The notes beneath the pieces are model-generated. The model searched no databases. It was not told the DNA's origin and was given only the letters and a program-made list of their open reading frames with translations. The translations under genes were made by a program, and so were the position numbers. A stretch of 64,000 bases of DNA from an uncultured Flavobacteriaceae bacterium (GTDB lineage Bacteria; Bacteroidota; Bacteroidia; Flavobacteriales; Flavobacteriaceae): the NCBI GenBank assembly GCA_947500585.1, contig CANMSN010000008.1:17120-81119 (forward strand), given 5' to 3'. Positions 47,148 through 55,230 of the stretch are shown in pieces. Position 1 is the first letter of the stretch, and the number at the start of each line of letters is the position of its first letter.

Positions 47148-48444
47148 ACTGTTTTAACTTACCTCTGTTCGAGCGATCTAATTTATCTTTTCTTTCGAAA
47201 ATTACTTTTAAATTGGGTTCTAAATATTTAGAAATTGCAGTTTCTATATTCGTTTTTTCTTCTTCAGATAGGATATTAAAACTCACATAAATTATTTTAA
47301 AAGTATCTAATTCTAATTGTTCAATAATAAATTCTTTTACATTGCCACTATCCTCAATAATGGTTTTTGTAACATAATAAAAGGTTAAACCCGCTGCTTT
47401 TTTTCCACTAGGTAAAACAACAATATCATTAGTTCTTCCTATAAGTTTATCGAGTATAAGCTTTCCAGAAGTATTATTTTTTGAAAGTTTACCAATATCA
47501 CCCAAATCATATCGAATGAAAGGGTGCGCCTTATTGTAAAGCGATGTAATAACGATGCGTCCCTCTTCTCCATTGGGCAAAATGTTATTTTGCTCGTCTA
47601 AAATTTCAACAAATAAATCCTCATTGTTAATGAGCCATTCATTCTCATTATTTTGAAAGGCGATTAACCCTAATTCTGCTGCACCGTATTCATTAATAAT
47701 TGGAACTCCAAACTGTGCCTCTAAAAGTAATTTATCTTCCTCAAAAAGCATTTCTGAAGTTACAATGCACGCTTTTAGTGATGGACAAATTGATTTAAGA
47801 ACAGTGTTTTTCCGTTTTAAATATTTAGCTAATTGTACTATTGAACTTGTATAGCCATTTATATAATCGAAAGGGGTCTGTTTAAATTTTTGAATATTTT
47901 TTTCAAGCTGTTCATCACTCAAATCAAAAACCGAAAATCGAAATCGATTGCTTAATTTATCTTTAAAACGTTCTTTATAATAGCCTTTTTTATCTAAAGG
48001 AATACCATAGAAACGAGCTTGTTTAGAGGTTTTAAAATCTAAATTAAACCAACGGTACCTATCTATAAAAATAGACCAAGTTAAGGCGTGACAAAACTTG
48101 TCTTTTGCAAAAATGAATGGATTTCCAGACGACCCAGAAGTTTTATTTACATAAACATTTTTTTCAGTAAACCCTTCCGAAAGTCTATTTTGAATAGGTT
48201 GTTGTAAATCATGTTTAGTCATTATTGGTATGCTATTCCAATCTTTAGTATTTATATTTTTAGCGAAGGTTTTATAAAATGGATTGTTTTTTAAGTGGTA
48301 GGTAACAATCTCTTGTTTTTTAGTTTCAACATAAACTTTTAATTCTTCAGTATTTTTACTTTGAATCGCTTTTAAATGATTTTTGGCCTCATTTATAGGA
48401 AAACCGTTAAATTTTAATGAAAGGTTAAATAAATTCAAAAACAA
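47131..48444 (-). CDS. CapK / phenylacetate-CoA ligase / F390-synthetase-like adenylate-forming enzyme
   Basis: Has the TSGSSGNPF AMP-binding motif; 437 aa; TTG start. The 3' end overlaps the GT2 3' end by 17 nt (convergent). Confidence 0.7.
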   Translation of the reverse strand: MFLNLFNLSLKFNGFPINEAKNHLKAIQSKNTEELKVYVETKKQEIVTYHLKNNPFYKTFAKNINTKDWNSIPIMTKHDLQQPIQNRLSEGFTEKNVYVNKTSGSSGNPFIFAKDKFCHALTWSIFIDRYRWFNLDFKTSKQARFYGIPLDKKGYYKERFKDKLSNRFRFSVFDLSDEQLEKNIQKFKQTPFDYINGYTSSIVQLAKYLKRKNTVLKSICPSLKACIVTSEMLFEEDKLLLEAQFGVPIINEYGAAELGLIAFQNNENEWLINNEDLFVEILDEQNNILPNGEEGRIVITSLYNKAHPFIRYDLGDIGKLSKNNTSGKLILDKLIGRTNDIVVLPSGKKAAGLTFYYVTKTIIEDSGNVKEFIIEQLELDTFKIIYVSFNILSEEEKTNIETAISKYLEPNLKVIFERKDKLDRSNRGKLKQFKSYL

Positions 48445-48469
48445 ATGGTATTTAAAAGTGTTAAGTAAA

Positions 48470-48477
48470 CAAAATTA
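48470..48477 (-). promoter_or_regulatory. Candidate -7 box (TAATTTTG, minus strand) for the CapK-like gene
   Basis: Reverse complement of CAAAATTA; 25 nt upstream of the TTG start at 48444. Confidence 0.4.
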
Positions 48478-48549
48478 AAGAAAATCCTACTCAATAATTT
48501 AATAATCAAAAAAACATTCTGTAATTCATGGCTTATTATAAAAACCCAT

Positions 48550-48557
48550 TATTTTTG
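48550..48557 (+). promoter_or_regulatory. Candidate -7 box (TATTTTTG) for purD
   Basis: TAnnTTTG match 61 nt upstream of the ATG at 48619. Confidence 0.45.
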
Positions 48558-48580
48558 CACTCGAAAACTCACATTAATTT

Positions 48581-48611
48581 GTCATTTCCACGCAAATGGA
48601 AATCTAAAAAA
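48581..48611 (+). repeat. Intergenic hairpin repeat GTCATTTCCAcgcaaaTGGAAATCTAAAAAA in the purD leader
   Basis: Perfect 7-bp stem ATTTCCA/TGGAAAT with a 6-nt loop. It has the same flanks as 8023-8052. Confidence 0.85.
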
Positions 48612-48618
48612 TAATATA

Positions 48619-49890
48619 ATGCATATTTTAATACTTGGTTCTGGCGGAAGAGAGCATACTTTCGCTTGGAAAATTGCTCAAAGCCCGTTATGTAAACAGC
48701 TATATGTGGCTCCAGGTAATTCAGGAACTGCTGAAATTGCCACTAATGTTAATATAGGAGTAAACGATTTTAAGGCGATTAAAGAGTTAGTTTTAGACAA
48801 AAGTATTGATATGGTTGTTGTAGGGCCAGAAGACCCTTTAGTAAATGGTATTCATGATTATTTTTTAAATGACACTGCCTTAAAGCATGTATCTGTAATA
48901 GGACCACAAAAAGTTGCTGCGGAATTAGAAGGCAGTAAGGAATTTGCTAAAGAATTTTTATACCGTCACAATATTCCAACCGCAGCTTATGAAAGTTTTA
49001 CCAAAGAAACTGTTGAAAAAGGATATACGTTTTTAGAAACATTAAAAGCGCCTTATGTTTTAAAAGCAGATGGTTTAGCAGCAGGGAAGGGTGTTGTTAT
49101 TTTAAATGATTTAGACGAAGCTAAAGCAGAATTAAAAGCTATGCTTGTAGATGCTAAATTTGGACAAGCAAGTACCAAAGTCGTTATTGAAGAATTTTTA
49201 GATGGTATAGAATTAAGTTGTTTCGTGTTAACCGATGGTACAAACTATAAAATATTACCAACAGCCAAAGATTATAAACGAATAGGCGAAGGTGATACAG
49301 GCTTAAATACAGGCGGTATGGGTGCCGTTTCTCCAGTGCCTTTTGCCACAGATGAGTTTCTTAATAAAATTGAAGAGCGTATTGTAAAACCGACTATTAA
49401 TGGTTTTAAAAAGGATAATTTACCATATGTTGGTTTTGTGTTTATTGGGCTTATAAAAGTTGGAGATGACCCAAAAGTGATTGAATATAACGTTCGTATG
49501 GGAGATCCAGAAACGGAAGTAGTACTTCCACGACTTAAAAATGATTTTGTTGAAATTCTTCAAGCCATGGCTAACGGAACTTTAGATAAAATTGATATTG
49601 AAATTGATGAACGCGCAGCAACAACCATTATGTTAGTTTCTGGTGGTTATCCTGAAGCTTATGAAAAAGGTAAAGAAATTACAGGAATTGATGCTATTGA
49701 AGATTCTATTCCATTTCATGCAGGAGCACAATTGAAAAATGGTAAAATAGTAACCTCTGGAGGACGTGTTATGGCAATAACTTCTTATGGCAATAACTAT
49801 AAAGAAGCCATAAAAAAATCTTACCAAAGTATAGAAAAACTACATTTTGATAAGATGAATTATCGTAAAGATATAGGTTTTGATTTATAG
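48619..49890 (+). CDS. purD: Phosphoribosylamine-glycine ligase
   Basis: N-terminus MHILILGSGGREH with an ATP-grasp pattern; 423 aa. Confidence 0.97.
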   Translation: MHILILGSGGREHTFAWKIAQSPLCKQLYVAPGNSGTAEIATNVNIGVNDFKAIKELVLDKSIDMVVVGPEDPLVNGIHDYFLNDTALKHVSVIGPQKVAAELEGSKEFAKEFLYRHNIPTAAYESFTKETVEKGYTFLETLKAPYVLKADGLAAGKGVVILNDLDEAKAELKAMLVDAKFGQASTKVVIEEFLDGIELSCFVLTDGTNYKILPTAKDYKRIGEGDTGLNTGGMGAVSPVPFATDEFLNKIEERIVKPTINGFKKDNLPYVGFVFIGLIKVGDDPKVIEYNVRMGDPETEVVLPRLKNDFVEILQAMANGTLDKIDIEIDERAATTIMLVSGGYPEAYEKGKEITGIDAIEDSIPFHAGAQLKNGKIVTSGGRVMAITSYGNNYKEAIKKSYQSIEKLHFDKMNYRKDIGFDL

Positions 49891-50112
49891 ATAAGAGTGT
49901 GCAGAGATACTTTTATCTTCTTCATTATTATTATCAAATATTCTAAGTTGCATCATCCAATAAACCATGGCAACAAATCCAATAATCATAAAAATCCAAG
50001 AAGCAGTGTTTGCAGCAAACCAGTTTTCAAGCTCTAAAGCTCTTAAAGCATCATAAGGCGCAAAAAGCACATCAACAAATAAATCCTGTATAGCGTAAAA
50101 GAAGTCTTTCAT
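49885..50112 (-). CDS. Small conserved membrane protein of unknown function
   Basis: About 75 aa from MKDFFYAIQDLF..., with one clear TM (WIFMIIGFVAMVYWMM). The start at 50112 is preferred over 50142. Confidence 0.45.
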   Translation of the reverse strand: MKDFFYAIQDLFVDVLFAPYDALRALELENWFAANTASWIFMIIGFVAMVYWMMQLRIFDNNNEEDKSISAHSYL

Positions 50113-50151
50113 AGTTAGTATATTTACGTAGCAAAAATACAAAAACAGTTA

Positions 50152-51075
50152 ATGATTACAAGCATTTTTAGTAAATCTAAACCAATAAATTTTATTATTG
50201 TGTTTTTTGTAACGCTATTAGCTTTTATAATAGCAAGATTTGGTTTAGAAAATGTTGATTTTTCAGCGCTATTTATTTTTAAACAACTACTGTTATTCTT
50301 ATTGTGTTATGTTTCTATTTTACTACTAAATTTTATAGTAAGTAAAAATAATTTGAGTAAAAACAGTAATTATGAAATTCTTTTATTTAGTTTGTTTCTA
50401 TTAGCATTATTTCAGGCCACAACTAATGTTAACATACTGTTTTCTAATTTTTTTGTGCTTTTAGGATTGCGCAGAATTATAAGTTTACGCTCTTTAACAA
50501 CTATAAATAAAAAGCTTTTTGATGCTGCTTTTTGGATTGCCATTGCTGCACTTTTTTATTTTTGGGCTATTCTCTTTTTTATTTTAATTCTTGTTTCATT
50601 ATTATTATACACAGACAATAAAATTAATCATTGGATTGTCCCGTTTGCGGGTGTAATAACCGTTTTTGTTATAACAATTGGAGTTTCAATAGTTTTTAAT
50701 GATAGTTTTTTTGGTTTGTTTAAAAGTTTACCAGAAGTAAGTTTTGATTATAGTAGTTATAACTCATCAAGGTATTTAGTGGCAATAACTGTTCTTTTAT
50801 CCTTCGGAATTTGGTCTTCTTTATTCTATATAAAAAGCATTAAACAAAAAAAGAAAGCCTTTAGAGCCTCCTTTAATACTATTTTGGTAGCTGCTATAAT
50901 TGCTTTTACAATTATAATATTTGCGCCTAAAAAAGATGGGAGTGAATTCTTATTTATCTTTGCTCCATTATCAATTATAATAACAAATTATATTGAAATT
51001 ATTGAGGAAAAATGGTTTAAAGAAGTTTTTCTTTCTGTTTTAATAGTGGTGCCTTTTGTATTACTATTGTTGTAG
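50152..51075 (+). CDS. Polytopic membrane protein of unknown function
   Basis: 307 aa with about 8 hydrophobic segments. No motif recognised. Confidence 0.5.
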   Translation: MITSIFSKSKPINFIIVFFVTLLAFIIARFGLENVDFSALFIFKQLLLFLLCYVSILLLNFIVSKNNLSKNSNYEILLFSLFLLALFQATTNVNILFSNFFVLLGLRRIISLRSLTTINKKLFDAAFWIAIAALFYFWAILFFILILVSLLLYTDNKINHWIVPFAGVITVFVITIGVSIVFNDSFFGLFKSLPEVSFDYSSYNSSRYLVAITVLLSFGIWSSLFYIKSIKQKKKAFRASFNTILVAAIIAFTIIIFAPKKDGSEFLFIFAPLSIIITNYIEIIEEKWFKEVFLSVLIVVPFVLLLL

Positions 51076-51723
51076 TTTTTCTCCAAAAGCTAAATCACCT
51101 GCATCGCCAAGTCCTGGAATAATATAACCTTTATCATTAAGTTTTTTGTCAACCGTAGCAATCCATAAATGCGTATCATTTCCAAATGCTTTCGAAACAA
51201 AATCAACGCCTTCTTGCGCCCCAATAACACTTACTAAATGTACTTCTTTAGGAATTCCAAAGGGTTTTAAAGCTTCAAAGGTAGCAACCATAGATTGTCC
51301 TGTTGCAAGCATAGGGTCTGCCAAAATGAGTGTTTTATTTTCTAAACTTGGGCATGCTAAATATTCAACAATAATTTCAAAACTTTCAGGATCGTGTTTA
51401 TGATGTCTGTAAGCTGAAATAAAAGCATTTTCTGCAGCATCAAAATAATTAAGTAACCCGTTATGAAGTGGTACACCAGCTCTTAAAATAGAACATAAAA
51501 CAATATCGTTTTTCATTAAACTTATATTACTTTTTCCTAAAGGTGTCTCTATTTCTGATGGTTTAAAATTCAGTTTTTTACTTAATTCATAGCCTAAAAC
51601 TTCTCCAATACGCTCTATATTTCTTCTAAAACGCATGCTATCTTTTTGAATAGTTTTGTCTCGAATTTCAGAAATGAATGTATTTAATACAGAGTTTTGA
51701 AGTGATAAATTGTGAATATGCAT
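51064..51723 (-). CDS. upp: Uracil phosphoribosyltransferase
   Basis: Has the PRPP-binding loop ILADPMLATGQS and C-terminal IIPGLGDAGD; 219 aa. Confidence 0.95.
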   Translation of the reverse strand: MHIHNLSLQNSVLNTFISEIRDKTIQKDSMRFRRNIERIGEVLGYELSKKLNFKPSEIETPLGKSNISLMKNDIVLCSILRAGVPLHNGLLNYFDAAENAFISAYRHHKHDPESFEIIVEYLACPSLENKTLILADPMLATGQSMVATFEALKPFGIPKEVHLVSVIGAQEGVDFVSKAFGNDTHLWIATVDKKLNDKGYIIPGLGDAGDLAFGEKLQQ

Positions 51724-51746
51724 GATTCTGGATGGGTTTAGTCTAG

Positions 51747-51754
51747 CAAAGTTA
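51747..51754 (-). promoter_or_regulatory. Candidate -7 box (TAACTTTG, minus strand) for upp
   Basis: Reverse complement of CAAAGTTA; 23 nt upstream of the ATG at 51723. Confidence 0.45.
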
Positions 51755-51858
51755 ACTAAATATAAATTATATTTACGTTCAGCATTTTATTTTAAAAAAT
51801 TGGAAAACGTGAAACTACATTTTAAGTACAAAGAACAAGTCATAGTATAATTTTTATG

Positions 51859-51866
51859 TAGTTTTG
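51859..51866 (+). promoter_or_regulatory. Candidate -7 box (TAGTTTTG) for the 201-aa ORF / GT9 pair
   Basis: TAnnTTTG match 20 nt upstream of the ATG at 51887. Confidence 0.45.
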
Positions 51867-51886
51867 TAACCTAAAATAAACACAGT

Positions 51887-52492
51887 ATGTTTACAGAAAA
51901 AGCGAACAAAATATTTCAGGATGTTATAGAAAAATATCACGTTATTAATACCGTTGATCAGCCTTTTGAAAATCCTTATGATAAAACTAATTTAATTAAT
52001 CATTTACTATACAGAAAGTGTTGGATTGACACCGTGCAATGGCATTATGAAGATATAATTCGCGACCCACAAATTGATCCTGTTGCTGCATTAACCTTGA
52101 AACGCCAAATTGATGCTTCAAACCAAGACAGAACAGATATGGTGGAATATATTGATAGCTATTTTTTAGAGAAGTACAAAGACGTTTCTGTAAAATCAAA
52201 TGCAACTATTAATACCGAAAGTCCTGCTTGGGGCGTAGACAGATTATCAATTTTGGCTTTAAAAGTGTATCATATGAATGAAGAAGCTACTCGTAATGAT
52301 GCTTCTGCGGAACATAAAGCTGCTTGCCAGAAAAAGTTAGATATTTTATTAGAACAACGTGTTGATTTATCAACCGCAATTGATACGCTTTTAAGTGATA
52401 TTGAAAAAGGCGATAAATACATGAAGGTTTATAAGCAAATGAAGATGTATAATGATGATGAGTTGAATCCTGTACTTCGTTCTCAGAAATAA
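51887..52492 (+). CDS. Conserved hypothetical protein (DUF4254-like, name from memory) preceding a GT9 gene
   Basis: Clean 201-aa ORF. No catalytic motif recognised. Confidence 0.45.
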   Translation: MFTEKANKIFQDVIEKYHVINTVDQPFENPYDKTNLINHLLYRKCWIDTVQWHYEDIIRDPQIDPVAALTLKRQIDASNQDRTDMVEYIDSYFLEKYKDVSVKSNATINTESPAWGVDRLSILALKVYHMNEEATRNDASAEHKAACQKKLDILLEQRVDLSTAIDTLLSDIEKGDKYMKVYKQMKMYNDDELNPVLRSQK

Positions 52493-52500
52493 TTATTTTT

Positions 52501-52521
52501 ATCCTGAATATATTTCAGGAT
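52501..52521 (+). repeat. Hairpin ATCCTGAA-tatat-TTCAGGAT between the 201-aa ORF and GT9
   Basis: Perfect 8-bp stem. The 3' side ends in ...GGATCT, resembling the GGAAATCT flank of the hairpin family. Confidence 0.7.
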
Positions 52522-52539
52522 CTCATCATTTAAGTTGAG

Positions 52540-53559
52540 ATGCCTAAACAAAAAAACATTTTAATTATACGTCTTTCAGCTATGGGAGATGTGGCTATGT
52601 CAGTTCCTGTTTTAAGAGCACTTACGCAACAATATCCTGAAGTAAAAATCACTGTTTTAACCCGTGCTTTTTTTAAACCTTTTTTTAGAAATATTAATAA
52701 TGTTACGGTTTTTACAGCTGATGTAAAAGGTGAACATAAAGGAATTCCAGGACTTTATAAACTTGCCCGACAGCTTAATAAAAATCAACGTTTTTATGCT
52801 ATTGCCGATTTACATAGTGTTTTAAGAAGTAAGATTTTAAAGAAGTTTCTAAAAAGCAAACGTTTTGTTTCAATAGATAAAGGTCGCAAGGAAAAGAAAG
52901 CCTTAATTAATGGTAAGTTATTTGAGCCTTTAAAAACAACACATCAAAGATATGCTGATGTTTTTGAAGCATTGGGTTATAAAATAGATTTATCTAATCC
53001 TAAATTTCCAGAAAAAGCGGTTTTATCTGAAAATAGTATTTCAATTATTGGAGAAGACTCAAAAAAACGAATCGGTATAGCCCCTTTTGCAGCACATGAA
53101 GGAAAAATGTATCTGTTAGAATTAATGCAACAAGTTATTGAAACACTTTCAAAAGATTTCCAAATTGTTTTATTTGGTGGTGGACAAAAAGAAATAACAG
53201 TTTTAAATGATTTGGAAAATAGTTTTAAGAATGTTGTTAATGTTGCAGGAAAACTTTCTTTAGATGAAGAATTAGACATTATATCGAATTTAGATGTTAT
53301 GCTTTCTATGGATTCTGGCAACGCCCATGTAGCAGCCATGTTAGGTATAAAAGTAATTACTATTTGGGGAGTAACTCATCCGTATGCTGGGTTTGCACCA
53401 TTTAATCAACCCAAAGATTATGGGTTATTAGCAGATAGAAATAAATATCCAAAAGTTCCAACTTCAGTTTATGGAAATAAATATCCTGAGGGCTATCAAA
53501 ATGCATCTGGAAGTATTTCTCCAGAAATGGTTATTGCTAAAATAAAATCTATAATCTAA
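52540..53559 (+). CDS. Glycosyltransferase family 9 (heptosyltransferase-like)
   Basis: Has ILIIRLSAMGDVAMSVPVL at the N-terminus and SMDSGNAHVAAMLG near the C-terminus, typical of RfaF/RfaC-type GT9. Confidence 0.8.
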   Translation: MPKQKNILIIRLSAMGDVAMSVPVLRALTQQYPEVKITVLTRAFFKPFFRNINNVTVFTADVKGEHKGIPGLYKLARQLNKNQRFYAIADLHSVLRSKILKKFLKSKRFVSIDKGRKEKKALINGKLFEPLKTTHQRYADVFEALGYKIDLSNPKFPEKAVLSENSISIIGEDSKKRIGIAPFAAHEGKMYLLELMQQVIETLSKDFQIVLFGGGQKEITVLNDLENSFKNVVNVAGKLSLDEELDIISNLDVMLSMDSGNAHVAAMLGIKVITIWGVTHPYAGFAPFNQPKDYGLLADRNKYPKVPTSVYGNKYPEGYQNASGSISPEMVIAKIKSII

Positions 53560-53592
53560 CAGCGAAGCGGTCTAAAAGTCTAGTGTCTAATT

Positions 53593-54651
53593 TTATACAT
53601 CATCATAATCAACAACAATAGTTGCTGAGGTTGGATGCGCTTGACAAGTTAAAATTAAACCTTCTGCAACTTCACTTTCAGTTAAAATATTGTTTTGTCT
53701 CATGGTAGCTTCACCTTCGGTAACTCGTGCTAAACAGCTACTACAAATACCTCCTTGGCAAGAATAAGGAGCATCTAAATCTTCATCTAAAGCAGCTTCT
53801 AGTATGGTTTGTTTTTGAGACATTTCAAACGAAGTCGTTTCATCATCAACAGTAATAGTAACTTTAGTTTTACCAGTTTCTACCGCACTATCATCTTCAA
53901 CTTTATCTAATTTAGCAGCTTTAAAAAGTTCAAAATGGATGCGTTTTTCATCAATACCGTGTTCTGTTAAAACATTTTTTACAGTATGTATCATGGCTTC
54001 GGGCCCACAAAGGTAGAACGCATCTACTTCAATATGTTTGTGTTTGTTTTTCACTACATAATTAACAGTGCTTTTTTCAATTCTGCCAAAAATAGAATCG
54101 TCTTCATCCTGCTGACTAAATACAAACTGAATTGAAAAACGCGCTTTATATTGATGCTGTAGCTCTAATAGTTCATTCAAAAACATGGTGTCTTTTGTGG
54201 TTTTGTTACCATAAACCAAAATCACTTTGCTATGAACCTCTTCTTCTAAAGCACATTTAATAATGCTTAACACAGGTGTTATTCCACTTCCAGCCGCAAA
54301 TAATGCGATATTTTTTGTTTTAGAATCGTTAGGAGTAAAAATAAAACGACCTTTTGGCGGAGCTACTTCTATTACATCTCCAACCTTTAATGTGTTATTT
54401 GCATAAGCAGAAAAAGTACCATCAATAACTTCTTTAACAGCAACTTTTAACTCACCACTTTTTGGAGAAACACATAAAGAATAATCTCTACGAACTTCAT
54501 GTCCATCAATATGCATTTTCAATGTAATGTATTGGCCAGCTTTAAACGCGAAAATGGCTTTTAAATTTTCGGGTAAATTAAAACTGATACTTACAGATTT
54601 ATCGGTTTCTCTATTTATTTTAGATACGGAAAGCTTGTGAAATGATGACAT
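53593..54651 (-). CDS. Ferredoxin-NAD(P) reductase fused to a plant-type 2Fe-2S ferredoxin (PaaE/oxygenase-reductase-like)
   Basis: Has RDYS (FAD), AAGSGITP (NAD(P)) and a C-terminal CQGGICSSCLARV...TCQAH cysteine cluster. Confidence 0.85.
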   Translation of the reverse strand: MSSFHKLSVSKINRETDKSVSISFNLPENLKAIFAFKAGQYITLKMHIDGHEVRRDYSLCVSPKSGELKVAVKEVIDGTFSAYANNTLKVGDVIEVAPPKGRFIFTPNDSKTKNIALFAAGSGITPVLSIIKCALEEEVHSKVILVYGNKTTKDTMFLNELLELQHQYKARFSIQFVFSQQDEDDSIFGRIEKSTVNYVVKNKHKHIEVDAFYLCGPEAMIHTVKNVLTEHGIDEKRIHFELFKAAKLDKVEDDSAVETGKTKVTITVDDETTSFEMSQKQTILEAALDEDLDAPYSCQGGICSSCLARVTEGEATMRQNNILTESEVAEGLILTCQAHPTSATIVVDYDDV

Positions 54652-54665
54652 GTAATAATTTTTAA

Positions 54666-54673
54666 CAAAAATA
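54666..54673 (-). promoter_or_regulatory. Candidate -7 box (TATTTTTG, minus strand) for the reductase gene
   Basis: Reverse complement of CAAAAATA; 14 nt upstream of the ATG at 54651. Confidence 0.4.
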
Positions 54674-54713
54674 GTGAAGACAACACATATAGCACTAATT
54701 TTAGACTAAAAAT

Positions 54714-54753
54714 ATATACATAATATTATTATGCATAATAATATTATGTATAT
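54714..54753. promoter_or_regulatory. 40-bp perfect palindrome, candidate PadR operator
   Basis: ATATACATAATATTATTATG|CATAATAATATTATGTATAT, checked base by base. The right arm overlaps the padR -7 box. Confidence 0.7.
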
Positions 54754-54756
54754 TTG
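54749..54756 (+). promoter_or_regulatory. Candidate -7 box (TATATTTG) for padR, near-leaderless
   Basis: TAnnTTTG match ending 5 nt before the ATG at 54762. Confidence 0.4.
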
Positions 54757-54761
54757 AAACC

Positions 54762-55100
54762 ATGAAAAACTCTAGTTTATACAAAGGAAGCTTAACTACT
54801 ATTATTCTCAAGCTCTTAAATGAGCACGATAAAATGTATGGTTATCAAATAACACAAAGAGCTGAAGAAATAACACAAGGTGAACTGATAATTACAGAAG
54901 GCGCACTTTATCCGTGTCTACATAAGCTAAAAGCAAAAGGCTTTGTGGATGTTGAAGTTTTAATGATAGGCAATAGAAAACGCAAATATTATAAACTGAC
55001 AGAAGAAGGCACTAGAGAAACTGTTAAAAAGCTTGCCGAATTAGAAGATTATATAACCATAATGCGTGCATTAGTTAACCCTAAATTTCGCCCTGAATAA
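54762..55100 (+). CDS. PadR family transcriptional regulator
   Basis: 112 aa with a winged-helix pattern: YGYQITQRAEE...GALYPCLHKLKAKGFV. Confidence 0.9.
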   Translation: MKNSSLYKGSLTTIILKLLNEHDKMYGYQITQRAEEITQGELIITEGALYPCLHKLKAKGFVDVEVLMIGNRKRKYYKLTEEGTRETVKKLAELEDYITIMRALVNPKFRPE

Positions 55101-55230
55101 TTAAACAGTTATTTTTACAAGTAACCAAAGTAAAATACTTTATAGCATAGTAATTTTATATAAACTGTAACAAATTGATGGATACGAACACTAACACCAC
55201 AGAGTTCAATAATTTTAATTAACCAAAAAC

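Larger units (their letters stand above)
16093..48444. other. Surface polysaccharide (O-antigen/capsule-type) biosynthesis locus, composite
   Basis: Uninterrupted run of sugar-nucleotide synthesis, flippase/polymerase-like, glycosyltransferase and initiating-transferase genes, bounded by a Wzz-like gene and a CapK-like gene. Confidence 0.85.

Noticed and set aside
48445-48618. Purine/ZTP-type riboswitch upstream of purD
   Set aside because: The leader is short and AT-rich. Its only structure is a 7-bp hairpin, and none of the conserved riboswitch cores I know can be found.
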